A stretch of 27,627 nt of DNA, taken from contig CAYJVY010000012.1 of assembly GCA_964373795.1 (NCBI GenBank), positions 1 to 27,627 on the forward strand, written 5' to 3'. The notes beneath the pieces were generated by a model. The model saw only the letters and a program-made list of their open reading frames with translations, made no database searches and had not been told where the DNA came from. This stretch comes from an uncultured archaeon. Its GTDB lineage: Archaea > Iainarchaeota > Iainarchaeia > Iainarchaeales > DATDZZ01. Position numbers and translations under genes: made by a program. The first letter of the stretch is position 1. Every line of letters starts with the position of its first letter. This document shows positions 1-5,823 of the stretch, one piece after another.

Positions 1-44
1 TAAAACAAAAAACTTGAAAGTCATTGAAAAAATAAGTTAGAAAA

Positions 45-704
45 CTATTTTGATACTTCAAGAAGTTCTTTTTGCACTTCTGCAACTGATTTAGTGTTAT
101 CCACAAAAATCCAGTTTCTTTTTCTTGCAATTTTTTTAAACCAAAAATCCATTTTCTTGTAAAGATCTAAAATTCTTTTTCTAGTGATTTTTTTCTTAGA
201 TTTTTTTTCAAAAAAAGAAAAAGACTTATTTTCTTGATGAAATCTTCTAAGGAAAGCCTGATTAACTGGAACATTTAAGTAAATAGTTTTATCAGGCAAA
301 ACTAAGGATTCTTCAAACAAATCTAAAAACAAGTCGGTTTTTCTTCCCAAAGCATATTCTCTTGCAAGCACTTTATAGAAATAACCATCATCAACTAATT
401 GCTTGTCAAGATTAATTAATGGCTTGATTTCAAATTCATTTAATTGCGCAAAACGAGTAAAAAAATAAGCCATTCTAGTAGTAGAAGAAACAGGCCAAAT
501 CTCTTTTTTTAAAAACTTAAAAGAAGAAGAAATATCTTTGTCAAGCTTTTTGTAAACCGCTATTTTTTTTGGAGAAATATATTTTTTATTAATTTTTCTA
601 AAATCCAATTTAATTAAGTCCAGGTTTTCAGCTAAAAGATTTGCTTGAGTTGTTTTTCCAGAGCCTTCCAATCCAACTATATTCAAAAAATTCCACTTAG
701 GCAT
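45..704 (-). CDS. P-loop nucleoside-monophosphate kinase, thymidylate-kinase-like
   Basis: This lies in ORF 45..770. The internal ATG at 704 gives MPKWNFLNIVGLEGSGKTTQANLLAENL, a dTMP-kinase-style N-terminal Walker A. The upstream 22 codons look like read-through of the promoter region. The canonical DRY motif is not seen (DDGYFYK instead), so this is a family-level call only. Stop is TAG at 45-47. Confidence 0.6.
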   Translation of the reverse strand: MPKWNFLNIVGLEGSGKTTQANLLAENLDLIKLDFRKINKKYISPKKIAVYKKLDKDISSSFKFLKKEIWPVSSTTRMAYFFTRFAQLNEFEIKPLINLDKQLVDDGYFYKVLAREYALGRKTDLFLDLFEESLVLPDKTIYLNVPVNQAFLRRFHQENKSFSFFEKKSKKKITRKRILDLYKKMDFWFKKIARKRNWIFVDNTKSVAEVQKELLEVSK

Positions 705-769
705 ACCAATAAAATTGTAAAAGGAAAAATGTAAAAATGATTGCAAACGGAGTGCTAAAGGCAAGTGCA

Positions 770-941
770 CCTGGTGCCTAAAATTTAGTGAACTTTTCCC
801 TCTAAAAAAATGAAAACCTGGTGCCTAAAAGAGGCGCATGGTGCCTAAAACTCCACATACATTATGCCTAAAACGCCGAGCAGCCGCGGCCGAGCACGCA
901 AAAAGTGTGAAGCCTGCGAAGCTAAAACCTGGTGCCTAAAA
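770..941. repeat. Intergenic array of five copies of the 14-nt core CCTGGTGCCTAAAA
   Basis: Exact copies are at 770-783, 817-830 and 928-941. Variants are CATGGTGCCTAAAA at 837-850 and CATTATGCCTAAAA at 860-873. Positions 837-873 form a 37-nt unit (core + CTCCACATA + core). Two solo cores are followed by GAGG(C/T)G. All copies have the same orientation. Confidence 0.85.
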
Positions 942-1023
942 GAGGTGTTTTAAAATTAAATGAAAACGCATCGACAATAAGTAAAACTTTGCACAAATTA
1001 ATTGCTTGAACTTGGATTGATTT

Positions 1024-1365
1024 TTATTCCCTAATTTTAACAGAATTTCTCCCAACTACAATAATTCTTTTTCTTAGGTTATCCATGGCAAATTTTTTTA
1101 CAAACCAAGCAAACAAATCTTCAACAGATCTTCTTTCCTGACTGCTTAGCCTTAGTAGAACTATTCCATGGTGAACATTAGATGGATAGTTCACTGGATT
1201 AGCAAATTCTTTATCAAGTGTCACAAGAACAAAACTATTTTCCCCACAATGTTTTGCAAGCTCTTTATCTGAAATTCCTTTCAAATTTTGGGAAAAAACA
1301 GTTGAAGAATTCTTGACCTATTTGGCTAAATTAATAGGAACATTTTCGTCAAACTTAAAATGCAT
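1024..1365 (-). pseudogene. DUF5615 / PIN-like (Mut7-C type) toxin interrupted by an in-frame TAG
   Basis: ATG at 1365 gives MHFKFDENVPINLAK, then TAG at 1318-1320. The same frame continues VKNSSTVFSQNLKGISDKELAKHCGENSFVLVTLDKEFANP...GIVLLRL to the stop at 1024. The ORF track only reports the TTG-initiated tail 1024..1284. The pattern F.FDENVP...L.G.SD.EL...VL.T.D.DF...G...LR matches DUF5615 proteins that follow DUF433 genes. Confidence 0.6.
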
Positions 1366-1394
1366 TTAAAATTCTCCTAAAAAAATAGTAGAAA

Positions 1395-1679
<285 letters not shown>

Positions 1680-1730
1680 CTACTATGCCATATGCTCTGC
1701 AGTAGTTCGCCGTTGGTGAAATAAAGCTAT

Positions 1731-1792
1731 AAAAAATAGTTTTCCTTTTTGCTTCGAACAAGTTTCCTTTTTTCAAAAAAGAAAAAGTTTTC
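1731..1792. repeat. AT-rich palindromic element E1 (homologue of 3781-3842), 3' of asnS
   Basis: The sequence AAAAAATAGTTTTCCTTTTTGCTTCGAACAAGTTTCCTTTTTTCAAAAAAGAAAAAGTTTTC aligns, by eye, at roughly four-fifths identity with 3782-3842. It has an imperfect hairpin and T-runs on the sense (minus) strand. Confidence 0.5.
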
Positions 1793-1888
1793 TTTTAGTA
1801 AAGCTTCCCAATTCAAAAAAATTTTGAATGAGTTCATTTTGCTTTTGCAAAATTGGATTCTTTTTAAGAAAAAAAATTTTGGTAAAGC

Positions 1889-1906
1889 TTTTTTTTAAAA
1901 AAAGGT
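1889..1906 (-). terminator. Oligo-T tract immediately after the asnS stop
   Basis: The minus strand reads TAA ACC TTTTTTT AAAAAAAA. A T7 run 3 nt after the stop is the usual archaeal intrinsic termination signal. Confidence 0.35.
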
Positions 1907-3199
1907 TTAAGGATAGAAGCGATTCATTGTTCTAGGAAAAGCAATTACATCTCTAATGTGTTCTAAACCCATTATCCATGTAAGCAGTCTTTCCAATCCA
2001 AGCCCTGCTCCTGAATGAGGAACTGATCCGTATTTTCTTAAATCCATGTACCATCCATAAGCATCTGGTTTCAAATTCTCTGCTTTCATTCTTGAAAGCA
2101 ATTCATCCATTGACTTGCATCTTTCTCCTGAGCCAATTATTTCTCCATATCCTTCTGGAGCTAAAACATCACAGCATAAAACTACTTTAGAGTTTTCTGG
2201 ATCAGGCCTGTGATAAAAAGGTTTTAAAGTTGCAGGATAATGTGTAACCATTATTGGCACTTCAAAGTCTTTAGTGATTTCTCTTTCTTCTTTTTCTCCT
2301 AAATCATCTCCCCATTTTAGTTCTGAAAACTTTTTTTGCGCAATTTCAAACACTTCATCATACTTAAATCTTTCAAATTTTTCTTCTACAACTCTTTCAA
2401 TTACTTTTGAATTTCTTCCAAAAAACTTCATTAAATCTTGAGCGTTTTCAAGCATTTCCTGGCAAACAGATTTCAATAATTTTTCATGAAAATTCAGTAA
2501 TTCAGGCAAGCCATCCCAAGCAGTTTCCCATTCAGCATGCTGAAATTCTGTTACATGTCTTCTAGTTCTAGAAGGCTCTGCTCTAAAAGACGGAGCAATA
2601 GTGTAAACCTTTTCAAGAGAAGTAATAAATGCCTCTAAATAAAATTGCGAAGACTGAGTTAAATAAACTTTTTTTCCAAAATATGGAACTTCAAATAAAG
2701 TTGAACCTCCTTCAACTGCTCCTGAAACAAAGCTAGGGCAATGCACTTCAACATATCCTTGTTTTTCCATGAAATTCCTAAAAGCTTGAAACAAAAAAGC
2801 CTTAGCTTTTAATGCTTTATTCATTCTAGTAGAACGAAGCCATAAATGTCTTACATCCAATAAAAAGTCTTCAGATAAATCTTTTTGAATTGGAAATTCT
2901 TGACCAAAATCAATTACTTGAATTTTTTTTAAAACCAATTCAACTCCTTGAGGAGCTCTTTCATCTTTTTTTAATTCTCCTTCAACATACAGGCTTGCCT
3001 CAATATTTGCTTTCTGCAAGTCAGCAAATTCTTTTTCTGAAACACTTCCCTTAGATGCAACGCATTGAATTTCATTTGAAGCATCTCTTAAAATAATAAA
3101 TAAATTATCTTTTCCTTCTCTTTTTCTTTTAATCCAACCCCTAATCAAAACACTTCCATTCTTGGAATTCAATGCGGACTCAACTGAAGAAAAATTCAT
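1907..3199 (-). CDS. asnS: Asparaginyl-tRNA synthetase (class IIb)
   Basis: The 430-aa product has an N-terminal OB anticodon-binding domain (VLIRGWIKRKREGKDNLFIILRDASNEIQCV). Motif 2 is FRAEPSRTRRHVTEFQHAEWE. The AsnRS hallmark C-terminus is WYMDLRKYGSVPHSGAGLGLERLLTWIMGLEHIRDVIAFPRT. GAGGT lies 8 nt upstream of the ATG at 3199. Confidence 0.92.
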   Translation of the reverse strand: MNFSSVESALNSKNGSVLIRGWIKRKREGKDNLFIILRDASNEIQCVASKGSVSEKEFADLQKANIEASLYVEGELKKDERAPQGVELVLKKIQVIDFGQEFPIQKDLSEDFLLDVRHLWLRSTRMNKALKAKAFLFQAFRNFMEKQGYVEVHCPSFVSGAVEGGSTLFEVPYFGKKVYLTQSSQFYLEAFITSLEKVYTIAPSFRAEPSRTRRHVTEFQHAEWETAWDGLPELLNFHEKLLKSVCQEMLENAQDLMKFFGRNSKVIERVVEEKFERFKYDEVFEIAQKKFSELKWGDDLGEKEEREITKDFEVPIMVTHYPATLKPFYHRPDPENSKVVLCCDVLAPEGYGEIIGSGERCKSMDELLSRMKAENLKPDAYGWYMDLRKYGSVPHSGAGLGLERLLTWIMGLEHIRDVIAFPRTMNRFYP

Positions 3200-3300
3200 T
3201 CTATTAACCTCTAAAACGAAAAACGTAAGTAAAATTCACATGCGTTAAATTTAAATTAGTTAATTCACCGCCCTGCCATATAAATCTTTGAAGCCAATGT

Positions 3301-3561
3301 TTACTTTTTTTTCCTTTTGATTTCCTCAATCAATCTCTCTAATTCCACATCAGCTTGGCCAAGCGAAGCAGGAGATCCATGCAACAGTTCAGTAACTTTT
3401 GCTAAAAGTCTTGCACTATCAGCTCTACTCATATTTGTCAAACCATGGCTTTTAACAATGGCTCTAAAATGCTGTTTTGGATCAAAGTGAGTTACATCTC
3501 TAAATGTAGGAAACCTCGCACTTGTTTTTCCAATATTTTTTGCCGGTTCTCTTTTTAACAT
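3301..3561 (-). CDS. Hypothetical small protein (86 aa)
   Basis: This lies in ORF 3301..3591. The internal ATG at 3561 is preceded by GGAGGAATTTT (Shine-Dalgarno-like GGAGG). The product MLKREPAKNIGKTSARFPTFRDVTHFDPKQHFRAIVKSHGLTNMSRADSARLLAKV... has no motif I recognise. Confidence 0.5.
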   Translation of the reverse strand: MLKREPAKNIGKTSARFPTFRDVTHFDPKQHFRAIVKSHGLTNMSRADSARLLAKVTELLHGSPASLGQADVELERLIEEIKRKKK

Positions 3562-3657
3562 AAAATTCCTCCAAAAAAAGGTAAATATCAAAATATATAA
3601 ATATTATAATGATTAATTAGAATTTATTCTTAACTCTTAAACTTTCAGAAAACACTT

Positions 3658-3764
3658 CCTGGTGCCTAAAACTCCACACACCTGGTGCCTAAAAGGTCAA
3701 ACAATTTACCGTCTCAAAAACTCAGAACCTAGTGCCTAAAACTCCACATACCTAGTGCCTAAAA
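3658..3764. repeat. Second array of the CCTGGTGCCTAAAA family (two 37-nt units)
   Basis: Unit 1 at 3658-3694 is CCTGGTGCCTAAAA-CTCCACACA-CCTGGTGCCTAAAA. Unit 2 at 3728-3764 is CCTAGTGCCTAAAA-CTCCACATA-CCTAGTGCCTAAAA. They are separated by 33 nt and have the same orientation as the array at 770-941. Confidence 0.85.
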
Positions 3765-3780
3765 AAAGTTTTTTCTAGAA

Positions 3781-3842
3781 AAAAAAATAGTTTTTTCTTT
3801 TGATTCGAAAAACTTTTCTTTTTATAAAAAGAAAAGTTTTTC
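3781..3842 (-). terminator. AT-rich palindromic element E2 overlapping the aspS stop codon
   Basis: Positions 3807-3842, GAAAAACTTTTCTTTTTATAAAAAGAAAAGTTTTTC, form a perfect 36-nt palindrome. The last 2 nt (3841-3842) belong to the aspS TGA stop (3841-3843). On the sense strand it is followed by T-runs (TTTTTC...ACTATTTTTTT). It is homologous to 1731-1792. Confidence 0.5.
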
Positions 3843-5151
3843 AAGGAGTTAATCTTTGAGGATCTCTTGGAAGAAGAATTGCTTCTTTCACGTTTTCTAG
3901 TTTCAATAAGCGTTGAACTAATCTGTCTAATCCAAATCCTACTCCTCCATGAGGAATTACTCCGTATTGAAAGATTAAAGAATAGTCTTTCATTTCATCT
4001 AAATTCAAGCCTTTTTCTGCTGCTTGTTTTTTTAGAACTTCATATCTGTGTTCTCTTTGCGCGCCAGTTGCAACCTCTACTCCGTTAAACAATAAATCAA
4101 ATGATTTAGTTGTATTAGGAATTTCTTCTGAAAGCATGTGATAAAAAGGCCTTTTGCTCCAAGGATAATTTGTTACAAAAACAAATTCTTCTTCGTGTTC
4201 TTTTAAAGCCCATTCTCCTAAAAGTCTTTCAGCTTCAGGATCTGGATCCTCTCCGTCTGGAAGATTTTTTCCTTTTTTCCTTAAAAGCTTGAATGCTTCA
4301 GGCAAGGAAATTCTTGGAATCTTTTTAGGAACAATCGGATCAACATTAAATAATTTAAATTCATTTTCACAGTTTTTTTTTAATTTTGTTATTACAAACT
4401 TCATGTAATCCTCTATTACATTCATTACATCGTGCTCGGAATTAATGAAACCCATTTCAAAATCTACTCCAGTGAATTCAGTTAAATGCCTTGTTGTAAG
4501 AGATTTTTCTGCACGAAAAACTGTTCCAATATCGTAAACCTTTTCAAAACCCGCTACAACCATCATTTGCTTGTAAATCTGAGGGCTTTGACTCAAGAAA
4601 GCTTTTCCTCCAAAATAATTTAATTCAAATAATTCTGCTCCTGATTCAACTCCTGCTTTAGTGATTTTAGGGCTTTGCATGCAAGTAAATCCTTTAGAGT
4701 CAAAAAATTCAGCTGTGAACAAAAAAAGCTTTGAACGAATTTTAAAAATCGCTAATTTTTTTGGATCCCTTAAATCCAAAAACCTGTAATCCAGTCTTAC
4801 AGATAAATCTGAAACAATTTTTCCAGAGGTATCAATTGGAGTAGGAGCTTTAGCTTTATTTATTAATTCAAAATTTGTTGGAATTAATTCAACTCCGTTT
4901 GGAGCTTGCTTTGCTTCTTGAATTTTTCCTTTAATTAAAACACTTGACTCCTTTGTTAATTCATTAAAAACAGCATAATCTTTAGCTGAAACAATTGATT
5001 TAGGCAAGGTAACTTGTAAAAAACCAGTTCTATCCTTGATTACAACAAATCTTAGCTTGCCAAAATCCCTTAAATCATGCACCCATCCGCCAACAGAAAT
5101 TTCAGTTAAAGGTTTTTTTTCTAAAACCTCTGTAATAAGCATTCTATTCAT
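3841..5151 (-). CDS. aspS: Aspartyl-tRNA synthetase, archaeal/eukaryotic type (class IIb)
   Basis: Motif 2 is FRAEKSLTTRHLTEFTGVDFEMGF. The C-terminus is GVIPHGGVGFGLDRLVQRLLKLENVKEAILLPRDPQRLTP. There is no bacterial GAD insertion. The ATG at 5151 is preceded by AGGTG with 5-nt spacing. The ORF-track start at 5157 is a GTG inside that SD. Confidence 0.92.
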   Translation of the reverse strand: MNRMLITEVLEKKPLTEISVGGWVHDLRDFGKLRFVVIKDRTGFLQVTLPKSIVSAKDYAVFNELTKESSVLIKGKIQEAKQAPNGVELIPTNFELINKAKAPTPIDTSGKIVSDLSVRLDYRFLDLRDPKKLAIFKIRSKLFLFTAEFFDSKGFTCMQSPKITKAGVESGAELFELNYFGGKAFLSQSPQIYKQMMVVAGFEKVYDIGTVFRAEKSLTTRHLTEFTGVDFEMGFINSEHDVMNVIEDYMKFVITKLKKNCENEFKLFNVDPIVPKKIPRISLPEAFKLLRKKGKNLPDGEDPDPEAERLLGEWALKEHEEEFVFVTNYPWSKRPFYHMLSEEIPNTTKSFDLLFNGVEVATGAQREHRYEVLKKQAAEKGLNLDEMKDYSLIFQYGVIPHGGVGFGLDRLVQRLLKLENVKEAILLPRDPQRLTP

Positions 5152-5340
5152 CAACACACCTTAAAGAAAAGCAATTGAAAAGAATTAAAAGACTAACCAA
5201 AATTGGTTTTCACCTCATCATTGCCTATATGAGTGGGTGTTAACGACATTAAAAAATAATACGATAAAGAGGCAAGGTTTAGTGCAAGGAATTGGTGGGA
5301 ATGCAAGGGAAAGGCAGTGTAAAGATGCGTTAAAATAGCT

Positions 5341-5670
5341 TTATTTTAACTTGAATATTTTGTTAAAGTCTATTTCGAACCCAGATGCGAATTGTTTTAT
5401 TCCTGCGTACACTAAGGCAATGCCCCCAATTACTAAATTCAATGCTAATTCTGAGATATCTTCAAATAATAATTTTATTCCAAATCCAAAAAACAATATT
5501 ATGAGTATTCCTGTGGGCAGTAAAAAAATTCCCCCCAGAATATTCATTACTGAGTTAAAATCTTTATCGTGATTAAATTTCTCTTTTCTTATAAAAATTT
5601 TGGTTAATATCCAGATTACTAAAAGAAGCAACACTAAAATTACTGTCGCTGGAAAAAAGTAAGACATCAT
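5341..5670 (-). CDS. Small integral membrane protein (109 aa, about 3 TM helices)
   Basis: Hydrophobic segments are FFPATVILVLLLLVIWILTKIF, ILGGIFLLPTGILIILFFGFGIKLL and LNLVIGGIALVYAGI. The ATG at 5670 lies 1 nt after the TGA of the preceding 49-aa ORF (TGATATG), and AGGT is 8 nt upstream. Confidence 0.6.
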   Translation of the reverse strand: MMSYFFPATVILVLLLLVIWILTKIFIRKEKFNHDKDFNSVMNILGGIFLLPTGILIILFFGFGIKLLFEDISELALNLVIGGIALVYAGIKQFASGFEIDFNKIFKLK

Positions 5671-5671
5671 A

Positions 5672-5821
5672 TCACTTGACCTGTTTTTTTAACCAATCTA
5701 TAACTGCTGGACCCAATAATGCCCCTAAAATAGCTCCGCCTGAACCAGCCATAACGCCGCCAGCAATAGCTCCAACTATTATTTTGCTTAATGTTTCTTG
5801 GTCTATGTCCGATTTTGCCAT
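5672..5821 (-). CDS. 49-aa glycine-zipper membrane peptide (below the ORF-track size cutoff)
   Basis: Hand translation gives MAKSDIDQETLSKIIVGAIAGGVMAGSGGAILGALLGPAVIDWLKKQVK followed by TGA. The ATG at 5821 lies 2 nt after the res stop (TAA AG ATG). The GxxxG/AxxxG zipper is typical of YmgE/GlsB-like peptides. Confidence 0.5.
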   Translation of the reverse strand: MAKSDIDQETLSKIIVGAIAGGVMAGSGGAILGALLGPAVIDWLKKQVK

Positions 5822-5823
5822 CT

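Noticed and set aside
770-941. The CCTGGTGCCTAAAA arrays (here and at 3658-3764) as CRISPR arrays
   Set aside because: The repeats are only 14 nt (23 nt with the CTCCACAYA tail). Gaps are irregular (6-54 nt) and sometimes zero. Copies are degenerate, and no cas genes or leader are present in the window.
1318-1320. TAG (and TGA at 13442-13444) as reassigned sense codons
   Set aside because: Several well-conserved genes in the window end at natural C-termini with TAG (mod ...LIWW, the kinase-like gene, the CARDB protein). Others end with TGA (aspS ...QRLTP, the RHH antitoxin). Both are therefore ordinary stops here, and the in-frame stops are best read as gene decay.
5211-5222. C/D box sRNA in the spacer upstream of aspS (minus strand AATGATGAGGTG)
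   Set aside because: A C-box-like AUGAUGA is present, but no CUGA D box or terminal stem follows within the expected 40-70 nt. The triple GCAAGG repeat at 5272-5318 also gave no recognisable RNA or operator architecture.
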